From the NCBI GenBank assembly GCA_000092065.1, contig CP000598.1: DNA of 64,000 bases. The stretch is one strand, 5' to 3'. The notes beneath the pieces were generated by a model. That model did no database searches. It saw only the letters and a list, made by a program, of their open reading frames with translations, and had not been told where the DNA came from. Within the stretch, counting starts at the first letter, position 1, and each line of letters begins with the position of its first letter. The translations under genes were made by a program, and so were the position numbers. The stretch is from Ostreococcus lucimarinus. Taxonomy: Eukaryota. This document shows positions 21,402 to 31,357 of the stretch, piece after piece.

Positions 21402-21538
21402 TGATTATATCATTCTGTGCGTTTAAACAAGAAAGATCAGGTATTTTCAAACGAGTGTAGCGGCGCGTTTTTATGCCTTCTATCTTCAAACGCGGAGCTA
21501 GAAATACCAAATCTCATCGACGCTACTAGAGTTCCTCA

Positions 21539-22375
21539 TCAGACTGATCGATATTCATCCGTAAATTCGATTTGACTACCGACTAAACTCGATGCTAGAG
21601 ACCGCCGTGCTACATCGCACGGTTCCGTTTGGCAGTAATCGCGTCGAATTGACAAACACGCCGAGTCTTCACATCGAAATATGGTACCTCGATAAACTTC
21701 GCCCGCTGCAGTGCTCAGTTTACCGACTTGGTAACTCGCAGACGCCATCTGTATTCTACACTCCGACCACGACCAACGATCGCCGCATGTATTCTCGCTC
21801 GGTGGGTGGGTACTGATACAATTTTCGTATGCATTTGCCATCGTAGCGAAACTATCCAAGGCTTCTCTCGGTATGATGGTGAACGTGTCCGTCATAAAAG
21901 AAACTTCTCGACCTGATCCAACACTATTCCCGTCCACTTCGTCGCGATAGATCACCATTCCATTGAGAACAAGATTTCTTTTAAGCCCATACCACGTCTC
22001 TCCAGGCGGCAGTCTAGCGTAATATTCTATGTCTGTCCTCGTCAGGATGAAGTGATCGAACTCAACGTCACTTCGATTTCCGTACGCTTGTACGTCTCGC
22101 AAACACTCGCGCTGTCGATAAACTTGGGGATACCCTGCAGAAACGCACCCTACCTCGCCTACGCGCCCGTGTGGTTCCACGTCGTAGACGCGCAGAGATT
22201 CTAGCGAGAACCAAGAACGTAGCTCGGTTTCGACGTCGACGTTCACGCCCTTCTTATCAAGATGTAGAAATACGTGGACTTTTCCGCCGATCAAAAGTGG
22301 AGCAAGTACGGCGTCGTATATATGATCTTGGATATCCTTGCGCACGAGAGTGCGCACCTGACCAACGATGCACAC
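21539..22375 (-). CDS. hypothetical protein (possible glycosylation-related enzyme)
   Basis: A 278-aa ORF in the GC-poor block with coherent composition. No family recognised. Confidence 0.3.
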   Translation of the reverse strand: MCIVGQVRTLVRKDIQDHIYDAVLAPLLIGGKVHVFLHLDKKGVNVDVETELRSWFSLESLRVYDVEPHGRVGEVGCVSAGYPQVYRQRECLRDVQAYGNRSDVEFDHFILTRTDIEYYARLPPGETWYGLKRNLVLNGMVIYRDEVDGNSVGSGREVSFMTDTFTIIPREALDSFATMANAYENCISTHPPSENTCGDRWSWSECRIQMASASYQVGKLSTAAGEVYRGTIFRCEDSACLSIRRDYCQTEPCDVARRSLASSLVGSQIEFTDEYRSV

Positions 22376-22709
22376 CGCGAAAGTCGGCGCGTGTGCTTTC
22401 GGCGCGTCGTCTGCTGTTCGATCGCCCGGTTGGTCAACGCGCAGGTGTGAAGAACCGCGACGTCCATGGTTTTTTCACCCGAGCGGCGAGCGTTAACGCT
22501 CAGCTTCCGATCATGAGCATTAATCCGTCGTGCGCATGCGAATGCCGTCTCAAAGTGGAGGCGTGGTATCTACATTCCGACTGGTTAAACGTGCCGCCGA
22601 CTCGTAATTCGAGTCACGTATCATCGGCCTTTTTTTCTTCTCTCAGCAAGGGCGTGCAAGGCACGTCAGTCGACGACGATCGTTTTAAAAAACCGCACAC
22701 TGCGCACGC

Positions 22710-23795
22710 GTGCATGCCACTAAATCTCTATCTTCGAAGCCGCGCGCGCGCATGGGATCGCGTAAGCAACGCGTCGCCGTTGTCCTGGCGCTCGTTGCCC
22801 TCGTCGCTGGAGGTGGACTAGTGAAACAGCTGGACACGCGCGGGTGTTCGAAAGATACTTCAGCCGCGACGGTAAGTGGCGCTTCGTCATCAGCTCAACC
22901 ACGCTCGACGGGAGCTGAATCGCGAGACAATAAACGCGAGACGCCACCTATCGATGCTGTCTCCGCGACGAAGATTGATGATCGAGCTGAAAAGTACGCT
23001 ATAATCGTCCCTATGCACGCCGTCACGCAGCTCGAAGTCATGAAAACCACGTGGAAAATATTTCCACCTTGCGCTGCCGATGCGCGAGCCGCACAAATAA
23101 TTGATTTGATTTTCTTATCCGACGTAGACCTCTCGTCGCTCGACGTCACAGGGGGTCACTGCTTTCAGCGAGTGTATCGCCTGCGACCGTTCATCCCGAG
23201 CTGCTACAACGTATACGCACAAGCACCACCGTATTGCTTCTTCACGATGATACTTCATCTCGACTTAGACCGTACGTACGACGCCATACTTCAAGTAGAA
23301 GCTGATTCCGTGCCCGTGAAATCCAATTGGTTGGACGCCGCCGTGGAAAACATATTAAAGCCGACATCGGGCGAAGTGTGGATACACGCAGCGAAAAATG
23401 AACGCGGTGGAAACAATTTCAACGGTAATGGCGCGTACAACTTGCAAAATGACGAATTTCGTCAATTCATAATAGGTTACAGGGAATGGTTTTACACAAA
23501 GGCGGTCAACTCTGGCGACACGGCGTTCGATACAAACATGATTACGTTTGCAAAAGAAGTGGGGTCTTTCGGAAATTTCTCCAACACGCATCTGCGTGCG
23601 TCGAAAAGTCTTCGGAACTGCGATCTCATGTCCCTGACAGCGTGTCGGTCGGCGGTGGATGCGTCCACGTGGGGCGGCGCGACGCCTGAAGCTCTTTTCG
23701 TTCACAGTCACGATCTGAAAGATCCTTCGCGAGTGAGGAGTCAAATCTTGGTGGAAATGCTTGGTAGAGACGATGGTATACGGCAATTCAAATGA
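22710..23795 (+). CDS. hypothetical type II membrane protein
   Basis: 'RVAVVLALVALVAGGGLV' is a signal anchor, followed by a Ser-rich stem and a globular domain of unknown family. Confidence 0.35.
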   Translation: MHATKSLSSKPRARMGSRKQRVAVVLALVALVAGGGLVKQLDTRGCSKDTSAATVSGASSSAQPRSTGAESRDNKRETPPIDAVSATKIDDRAEKYAIIVPMHAVTQLEVMKTTWKIFPPCAADARAAQIIDLIFLSDVDLSSLDVTGGHCFQRVYRLRPFIPSCYNVYAQAPPYCFFTMILHLDLDRTYDAILQVEADSVPVKSNWLDAAVENILKPTSGEVWIHAAKNERGGNNFNGNGAYNLQNDEFRQFIIGYREWFYTKAVNSGDTAFDTNMITFAKEVGSFGNFSNTHLRASKSLRNCDLMSLTACRSAVDASTWGGATPEALFVHSHDLKDPSRVRSQILVEMLGRDDGIRQFK

Positions 23796-24307
23796 GTATG
23801 CTTGCGACTATTGAGTTTTCGACATGCTGATGATTTCTTCGTACAGGGCGTCCCACGCCGCCGGAAGCGCTCGCCCGCACTTATCGAGAAGAGTGTACGG
23901 ACAGCGGACACCCATGGCAACATTATTCACGCGTATCGGACGCAGATCTGCATCAAACAAATCTTTATTCAACGCATAACGATTTACTTGCCGCTGCTGC
24001 ATGGTCACTTCTAATTGACCGATGCGTAGGACCTCCTTGAAGTTTGGAGTCTCTGTATGCAAGAACATCGTGTCGCCGCAGTCGCCCAAAACGCCAACTT
24101 CCACATAACTCTGCGCTCTCAAAATCGAGCGGACGTCCTCCTTCGGTCGCGCGATGGTGAAAATGTGAACCTATAAAACCGCGCGTGTGCGTCGTACGAC
24201 GCCGAAGTGCTAGTAAATGTTGCCCACTCCGACTGCACCGGTCGTTCTCACGCGTCCATCGACGCCGATACGCGCCGCGTCGCGGTATGCGTTTATCGAA
24301 AAAGTCT

Positions 24308-24361
24308 GAATGACCCCCTGAAATTTCAGGGGGTCTATGAGTCACTAGACCCCCTGAAATG
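24308..24361. repeat. nested palindromes (CCCCCTGAAATTTCAGGGGG; the left arm of a roughly 62-bp palindrome disrupted by an LTR insertion)
   Basis: Read directly. The right arm 'tctgacatttccagggggtc' lies at 24571-24590. Confidence 0.6.
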
Positions 24362-24393
24362 TCAGATACTTTCTAGACCGTCTAGAAAGTGTC

Positions 24394-24567
24394 TGCGAGC
24401 TATACCTTATAAATTGTGATCAATCGGGCCTAGTGCGTCGATAAGTGATGATGATTACAAGGAGCTATCATTGATTAGTTCATTAATGAGTGTTAACTCG
24501 TCAATTAGTCATCCTAGGTTAACTAGGGGAAGCTATACTTCATATTTTACTCTTCAGATTTCTAACA
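24394..24567 (-). mobile_element. solo LTR of a copia-like retrotransposon (5'-TG...CA-3') flanked by a 5-bp target-site duplication GTGTC
   Basis: 174 bp, about 95% identical to the LTR at 55885..56059 (shared 'caatcgggcctagtgcgtcgataagtgatgatgattacaaggagctat...ttcagatttctaaca'). GTGTC is present at 24389-24393 and at 24568-24572. Confidence 0.6.
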
Positions 24568-24687
24568 GTGTCTGACATTTCCAGGGGGTCGAATCAGTAA
24601 GATCCGTGTTCATGCCTAGAGATTTGAGCGCTCGGTGACAGCGGCAGCTTCCTGAAACGCTCCTCCAGACCCGGACGAGAGCGAGCC

Positions 24688-25674
24688 GTGAAGCCGTGCG
24701 CAAAAGTTCGGCGGTCGTCGATAGGTCTGGCAACGTCGGTCATGCGTTGGTTGAGGGGACGTGGTGTCAAGGCGATAATGTGCGTCGCCCTTGTCGCAGG
24801 TTTCGCCAAGGTACCAGATCTGCACGTCAATAAGTATACTATGACACAGACACTGCAAGGCGACGGCTTTGGTTCACAGTTTCAAAATATCACATCTACC
24901 GCGGCTGCTCTGCACGTCAATAAGTGTACTATGACACAGACACTGCAAGGCGACGGCTTTGGTTCACAGTTTCAAAATATCATATCTACCGCGGTTTTCG
25001 CTCAAACCTTGAACAAACACTTTTGCGTGACCCCTATCGAAAGCATGGAGCACAACTACGACAATCGCTCAACGTTCCTTCGAGAAGTCAGCGAACTGAT
25101 TAATTTACCAGTACTTTCAAGTCAAGAGGACATGGACATTGAAAAGTGCGAGGTTAAAAAAGGCTGGCTGGATAGCTACATAGTTCAGGAAGCAAATCAG
25201 TTGGACGTTCGTACAAAATTGGGTAACATTCGAAAGCAGTTCTTGGGTAACAAGCGCTCGTTGTCGGAACTTCGTAAACACGCTGCCGTGCACATCAGGA
25301 GGCAGAATTCTTTTGATAATCGAAACACTGTTTCTCATGATGAAGTCGTGTGCTTTGTGATGAGGGAAATTCTCACTCAAAACAGCAATATTCAGTTTCA
25401 TGTATTTAGCCAGGGCGATATTTCGGAGTTTTGGCGCTACCAGAACGATTCAAGAATCGTCCTACGTCTCGACGAACCCATCAACGTGACGTTCACTGAA
25501 ATGGTTGTCGCCAAAATTTTGGTCACAGCCACGTCGTCATTTAGCTATGCAGCAGCACTTCTCTCAGAGGGTGAGATATGGGCCCCAAGACCGTTCTGGC
25601 ACAACTACCCTTCCTTCTGGAAGACATATCAGCTTTCTCGTACATTGTCTAACTTTGAGACATGCCTACCATGA
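24688..25674 (+). CDS. GT11-like alpha-1,2-fucosyltransferase-like glycosyltransferase carrying an internal in-frame tandem duplication
   Basis: 'LQGDGFGSQFQNIISTAVFAQ' matches GT11 motif I (GGLGNQMFQYAFA), and the C-terminal 'ATSSFSYAAALLS' matches the (S/T)TFS..A motif. There is an N-terminal TM. Confidence 0.5.
   Translation: MKPCAKVRRSSIGLATSVMRWLRGRGVKAIMCVALVAGFAKVPDLHVNKYTMTQTLQGDGFGSQFQNITSTAAALHVNKCTMTQTLQGDGFGSQFQNIISTAVFAQTLNKHFCVTPIESMEHNYDNRSTFLREVSELINLPVLSSQEDMDIEKCEVKKGWLDSYIVQEANQLDVRTKLGNIRKQFLGNKRSLSELRKHAAVHIRRQNSFDNRNTVSHDEVVCFVMREILTQNSNIQFHVFSQGDISEFWRYQNDSRIVLRLDEPINVTFTEMVVAKILVTATSSFSYAAALLSEGEIWAPRPFWHNYPSFWKTYQLSRTLSNFETCLP
24821..25000. repeat. 2 x 90-bp tandem duplication inside the GT11-like CDS (in frame, duplicating motif I)
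   Basis: 'tgcacgtcaataagt[a/g]tactatgacacagacactgcaaggcgacggctttggttcacagtttcaaaatatca[c/t]atctaccgcgg' occurs twice, at 24821 and 24911. Confidence 0.8.
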
Positions 25675-26986
25675 TACCAGTTTTAATTGTGGGGTGTTAA
25701 TGCTATCGTTTGTGAGACACACTCGAGCGCCCTGTAGACTACTCGACTCTATCGCAGTACAAGTTCAGACAACACCAGGCAGAGGGCGTAGGCTAAGCCC
25801 CTTTTGCCCGTTCCCTCTGCCGCACTCTAAGAGCCTACTGCTGTCACAATGGTGCACGCGCTAGTAAGTATATTTTTCCTTCGGGGGTAACCTAGGCGAG
25901 TTTTTCTTATTCTAAAGCTAGTTAGTCAGAGTACTTTTTTATTTTGTGATGGTGACCGAATACAGCGAACACGGTGAAGTCGTCACGTGTGCAAGTCAGT
26001 GGCAGTGGCGGGTTAATGACTTTTCTAGATGAATTCTTTAGTTTGTACAATTCATTGGACATCGATGACCATGTTGATTGGCAGATGTTTAGCACTGCAT
26101 TACACGAGTACGTGTTGCTGCTTTGAAAACAATCGGTGGTGACGATTTGTGAGACGAAACAAGGAGCGTATATCTGTGACGTCAGAATACGACGATGCAC
26201 GGCATAACATCTTGGAAATTGAGCGCACGTGAACTCTCTGACATAGCACTGCATCGCAAGAATCTCTTAGTCGTCGTTGAGCGTTGTAAAACACCACACG
26301 CGCGTCAGCGTACATTGTCTGTACAAACTGTCAAATTGTGATTGCGTGAGTACTTTGACGCTCAAGTGAAATCGAAGAAAAAATCCAGGTCCAACATGTT
26401 ATTCAAAACAACTTATTCATGCGTGTAAGTGCATGCAATGGCCGAAAGAGTCAGCGTTGCGGAATCCAGTCAAAGCAAGTTCAGGCTTCCTCAAAACGTT
26501 TAACATAATTTTTTGAATTCTATTCCCGGGTCCATTGGGCGTGAGGGTCGGCGCCACGTTTGCGAAACAGTCAAAATCACGCATGTCGACGAATCATGAC
26601 TCATCACGCAGTCCCTCCGCCCCAGCATGATGTTCTGAAATCTGTGACGATCTTTGACGACCGAGTGCGCCGTCGACACGTGCTGCACACCGCTGGAAAT
26701 CGGTGAACGATGTTAAAACGAGTGTTGAACGCGTGATCGTCGTTTCACAAGCGCGTGCACGGGTCGTGTGCGATCGCTCGCTCATCAGATGACGCATTTC
26801 TGAAAATGGGCGAAATAATGTGCGTGTATGTAACCAGTCACTAAAGTGCCTACCTAGGTTACGATTTTGTCAGTTTCGGATCAAAACCGATTGCTGATGG
26901 TGATCTTGATTATGAGCGCGCACAGAGCTGATTCTACCATCATAACGAATCATCCTGACACTTTCTTCACCACGAACTGTCTGTCT

Positions 26987-27958
26987 CTACAACCCCTGGC
27001 AGAGCACTTGAGCAACATGCCGCATGTGGCGAAATCGCATGTTCAAGAATAAATCGTCGGCGCAATCATGATTCAAACCTCTTGGGAGGTATTCAAAGCC
27101 CAACGAGGTGATAAAGTCGCGAAGTTCATGCTCGCCATGCTGATCAGCGTAGCCGGTAACCACTAGCTCCGGTTGAATCCAGACAACTCGTTTCGATAGC
27201 CAATGCCGAGCCCCTTTGATAATCTCTAAGTCATGGCCCTGTGCGTCAATCTTCAACATGTCGATATATTGGACGCGGCCACCTTGAACACCTAGAGACT
27301 CTGACTTTGGAACTGACACGGACCAAGGCAGAAGGGTAAAGAAATCATGAAGATTCCAAACAGGGACCTGAATTTCATTCTGCACGTCAAACTTGACCGG
27401 TTTGTGTAAGCTTGATGTCCCTGGATCACCAGCGGTCGCGTAAAATGTCTGCAAGTGTAGAGGAGAAGAGCCCATCGCCACACAAGATAAAAAGTAGCGT
27501 TTGCCAACTAAGTCCAACGGCACACAGAGGTCTCCTGTGGAGCAAGCACAACCCTTCAGTATGTTCTTGCAACTTGTCGGATTAGGCTCAAACGCAAAAA
27601 CTGTCAGCTGATCCGGATCGGAAGTGCTGCTGAACCATAAGGCGGAGTTTGGAGCGTTGTAAGACTCACCAATAGATATTTTCACACGCCGCGTATGCCT
27701 CGGCAGTGCAATTTTTCCACGCCGCAGGTGCACTGGAAGTAAGGCACGCGTGGCGTGACGAGTGCGCGAGATATCTTTGATACGTTCGGCCCCTACGAGT
27801 GGATCACTTTTTGGTTCTTCACAGCTACTCCCAAGTGAGTCGCTGTACGATTCAGTCACAGGAAGTCCGCGTGCTGACGCAAACGCAAGGAGTACGAGCG
27901 AACCCAGCGAACCGAGCAAACAGCCCGCAACCAACCTAAATTTCATACTGAATTTCAT
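26987..27958 (-). CDS. FkbM-family methyltransferase, type II membrane topology
   Basis: 'VFAFEPNP' and 'IDMLKIDAQGHDLEIIKGA' are FkbM motifs. The probable start is the Met at 27958 ('MKFSMKFRLVAGCLLGSLGSLVLLAFA', a signal anchor). The track ORF extends to 28195, but its first 79 aa look non-coding. Confidence 0.5.
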   Translation of the reverse strand: MKFSMKFRLVAGCLLGSLGSLVLLAFASARGLPVTESYSDSLGSSCEEPKSDPLVGAERIKDISRTRHATRALLPVHLRRGKIALPRHTRRVKISIGESYNAPNSALWFSSTSDPDQLTVFAFEPNPTSCKNILKGCACSTGDLCVPLDLVGKRYFLSCVAMGSSPLHLQTFYATAGDPGTSSLHKPVKFDVQNEIQVPVWNLHDFFTLLPWSVSVPKSESLGVQGGRVQYIDMLKIDAQGHDLEIIKGARHWLSKRVVWIQPELVVTGYADQHGEHELRDFITSLGFEYLPRGLNHDCADDLFLNMRFRHMRHVAQVLCQGL

Positions 27959-28694
27959 TCTGACAGGGACTCGCACGTTCTCGTGTCGCTTAAAGCCCGT
28001 ATTTTGCTCCATCTCTTCGCGGTCTAAATACTGTATAAAGTGGGTGTGTAGTACGCTCTTTTCCGTTCTTCGGCCTGGGTGTTCAGTATGCTGTTTCCGG
28101 TCTTCAGTTTCTTCATCTCGACGGCTTCGGGGCGACCACTTTGGCCGGCGACGAGTTTGCCCTGTACCATAGGACATCGTGGCCGCACACAGCATTTCGA
28201 GGCCTATATATTATAATATCTCTTGTTTTTGTCAGAGGCCTATTTCTCAGAAACATCGTGTCCTTATGCGAAAATGAGGTGGATTAAGAGATGCGAAATT
28301 CGAAAATAGAATCGGCGATTTATTCCGATAAGGGCCGTTTTTTCCCACATCGGAATGAATCGGGCCTTTGTATTCCGAAAAGATACTTGTCAAAATAGCG
28401 CGACTCGTCACGTGACGAGTTAATTTTAGGGGGTCCTATTCCGACAACGCTATTCCGGCTATCTCTTTTGAAAAACTAGCGACGCGAAATGAAGACGCGC
28501 AGTCGCCCCACTAGTGCGCGTCACTTGTTGAACTCGTTCTTCACCGAACGGGGTTTTAAAGACGTACATGTGTCCTCAGGGAACCGCATGCGGATTGTCG
28601 TCGATCTCCTTTGACCTCGGACGCTGAGGCCTCGGACCTTAAAGTCCCCGCTTCCGACGTAAAAAGTTCTGTCAGTGCGAGTTTTAGCCACGCT

Positions 28695-30980
28695 ATGAAC
28701 TGGAGACTGAGTATGTCGGAGTCGAAGTCGTTGTTGATTCTTCTCGTTGCATATGCATTTTGCAGCTCGACTCTCTTGATTCTCAATAAAGTTGCGTTGC
28801 AGACCATAAACTCGGGTACATTTTTGCTCCTACTACAGTGCGTGTTCACTTGTATGGCTCTTGGGACTCTCGACCATTTTGGATTTACTTCGGCTATTTC
28901 GCCTCTGGAGGCAGCCGAGCGCGAGCGATTTACTGTGGTGGTTGCCCTGTTCGTGACAACTCTATTTGCCAACATGAAATGTCTACAACTCGCAAACGTC
29001 GATACCGTTATCTGTATCCGCATGACGTGTCCTTTGTTAGTGAGTTTGCTCGATTATCTCTTTCTTGGAAGGGAGCTGCCCACTCGCACTTCAACCCTAG
29101 CATTGGTTGCAACTTGTGTGAGCTTTGCCTCATTTTTACTCGTTGAACAGAACTCTTCATGGATCACAATATTTTGGCTATCATTTTGGTACTGTGCTAT
29201 GGTATTTGAGACCGTATTCGTCAAGTTTGTTGTCAGTGACTCGTCGCTTTCAACAGCGGCACAGTCCTTCTATCAAAATTTACTTGCGATCCCGGTGTTG
29301 ACAGTGATATGGTTTTCCACAGAGATCCCAACTAGTGTTTTTGAACAAATTTCTTTGTCTACTTCGGAATTCTCCTTGGTTCTGTCCACTTGTATTCTCG
29401 GGTTAGGGATGAGCTACTTGTCGTTTGCTGTGCGTGAACGGGTATCGGCGACGAGCTTTTCAATGCTTGGTAATACGTGCAAGTTGATAACAATTCTAAC
29501 GAATTATTTACTATGGGAAAAACATGCTACAGGTGTTGGAACTTTTGCAGTCCTTTTCTGTCTTGCATCCAGTACCTTTTATCGCCAGGCGCCGTTGCGA
29601 CATCCTATTAATCATAAGGCGCAGTCATGGTTTCCCGCCCCTTGTACCATCAAGGCTACTGAAGAAGTCAATATGAGGATCATTGCAGCTGGGTTACTCG
29701 GTATCCTGGCGCTTGGCTTGCACTTTACTTCATATTTTCGTAGTTCTGTGAACTGGAACCTTGAAGAACAAACAGGTGTTTCTGGCGTTTCAGGAAAATT
29801 ATTTACTGGTGCACAAGTGCGGCAGTATTTTCCTTCGCATGACGATCGTCCTTCCAAGAAAAATCGTTCGACCTCTTCTCCCTTCTTTTCTGATCATATG
29901 TCTTGCGAAAATTGGGCCGTTTGTACCACCATCTTCGTCGAGTCAGACGCAGTGCGTGACGTTTGTAAAATACTACCGTCGTACTGCCTACTTGTCGTCG
30001 CAGATAAGAAAGGTCCACTAGAATACTTCATCGACGGGAACTGCACGTTCGCATACTTATCTGTAGAGCAACAAGAAGACATGTTAACAGACTCAGACTT
30101 CATCACAGAAACGCCGTGGAATCACTTTGGGCGGAAAAATCTAGGGTACTTGTTTGCAATAGCGAATGGTGCGAAGATGATATGGGATTTTGATGATGAC
30201 AATCAAATAATCAGTTCAAAATTTTTTCTCGATCAGGCAGGAGAGCACCAACTAGTTACAGTCGAACCAATTACTTCGATGCTGAATCCTTACCCCTTAC
30301 TTGGTGCCGAAAAGTTTTCCTGGCCTCGTGGTTTTCCACTCGACGGTATAAAAAACGAGGCATCACAACCAAGCGTTGACGATCTACGAGTTTCTGTCGT
30401 CGACTTCGAACGTGTCGGAGTACTGCAATCACTGGCGAATAATGATCCAGATGTTGATGCTATTTACAGGCTTCAGAGAGACCTGCCTTTCAGCTTCAAA
30501 GGCTGGTCGAGTCCTGCAAGTGTTTTCGTTTTGCCAGGCGCTTCTTTTGCTCCCTGGAATGCTCAAGCCACCCTTTTCAGGATGCGGGATGCACTCTGGG
30601 TTTCGTATTTACCTATCTCTATTCATGGTAGGGTATCTGATATATGGAGATCATACATAGCGCAGCGACTTTTGCGGAACGTGTGTATTCACATCGCCTT
30701 CGCTGTGGAGCCACTTGTTGTGCAACATCGAAATCAGCATTCCTACCTTGCCGATTTCGATGCGGAGCAAGATTTGTATTACAAATCAGGTAAACTGATC
30801 GAGCTTCTTGGAGAGTGGACCGCAAAATCTTCCTTTCCTCAAGAGCAGATTGTGGAGCTCTTCAGGATTCTGTATGAACATGATTATGTTGGAATCAAAG
30901 ATGTTCGAATGATCGAACTCTGGATTTCAGAGCTCAACCGAGCGGGATACATCTTTCCAAAGAGCTGCAGTGTCCGCTAG
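28695..30980 (+). CDS. fusion protein: an N-terminal TPT/NST-type nucleotide-sugar transporter domain joined to a C-terminal STELLO/DUF288-like glycosyltransferase domain
   Basis: The first roughly 330 aa contain about 10 TM helices (drug/metabolite-transporter-like). After an extra TM ('IIAAGLLGILALGL') comes 'NHFGRKNLGYLFAIANGAKMIWDFDDDNQI', which matches the STELLO-like (DUF288) W..KN.GYL.AI..GA..I.D.DDDN motif. The 2.3-kb ORF is uninterrupted within AT-rich sequence. Confidence 0.55.
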   Translation: MNWRLSMSESKSLLILLVAYAFCSSTLLILNKVALQTINSGTFLLLLQCVFTCMALGTLDHFGFTSAISPLEAAERERFTVVVALFVTTLFANMKCLQLANVDTVICIRMTCPLLVSLLDYLFLGRELPTRTSTLALVATCVSFASFLLVEQNSSWITIFWLSFWYCAMVFETVFVKFVVSDSSLSTAAQSFYQNLLAIPVLTVIWFSTEIPTSVFEQISLSTSEFSLVLSTCILGLGMSYLSFAVRERVSATSFSMLGNTCKLITILTNYLLWEKHATGVGTFAVLFCLASSTFYRQAPLRHPINHKAQSWFPAPCTIKATEEVNMRIIAAGLLGILALGLHFTSYFRSSVNWNLEEQTGVSGVSGKLFTGAQVRQYFPSHDDRPSKKNRSTSSPFFSDHMSCENWAVCTTIFVESDAVRDVCKILPSYCLLVVADKKGPLEYFIDGNCTFAYLSVEQQEDMLTDSDFITETPWNHFGRKNLGYLFAIANGAKMIWDFDDDNQIISSKFFLDQAGEHQLVTVEPITSMLNPYPLLGAEKFSWPRGFPLDGIKNEASQPSVDDLRVSVVDFERVGVLQSLANNDPDVDAIYRLQRDLPFSFKGWSSPASVFVLPGASFAPWNAQATLFRMRDALWVSYLPISIHGRVSDIWRSYIAQRLLRNVCIHIAFAVEPLVVQHRNQHSYLADFDAEQDLYYKSGKLIELLGEWTAKSSFPQEQIVELFRILYEHDYVGIKDVRMIELWISELNRAGYIFPKSCSVR

Positions 30981-31357
30981 CAAGGTTTAGGATCGGTAAA
31001 AATAAAATTACACGCGTGTCGGTATTCGTTTCGTCGCTTCCGTCGGTTGCGCGCCACCGCTGGGCATTTGAAGTTAGCACTTCTCGATCGCCACGCGCGC
31101 GTTGTGGCGTCGTCGCGACTTATTAGCACTTCCGACGGCGCGCACGTATTAGGGACGTGGAGTGGAATACATACGTAGTTTTCTAATAACGAAAGAAGGA
31201 ATTCGACTCACAAATAAAACAAGTCATGAACACAAACACTTGGACGCGATGCGATGAACCGCAACGACCGTGGACGCCGTGTGGCTCACGCGTCGTATAT
31301 AGCACTTCGCTTCTCTCAACGACGACAATGAGAACCGCGGGAGCATCTACTTGTTTT

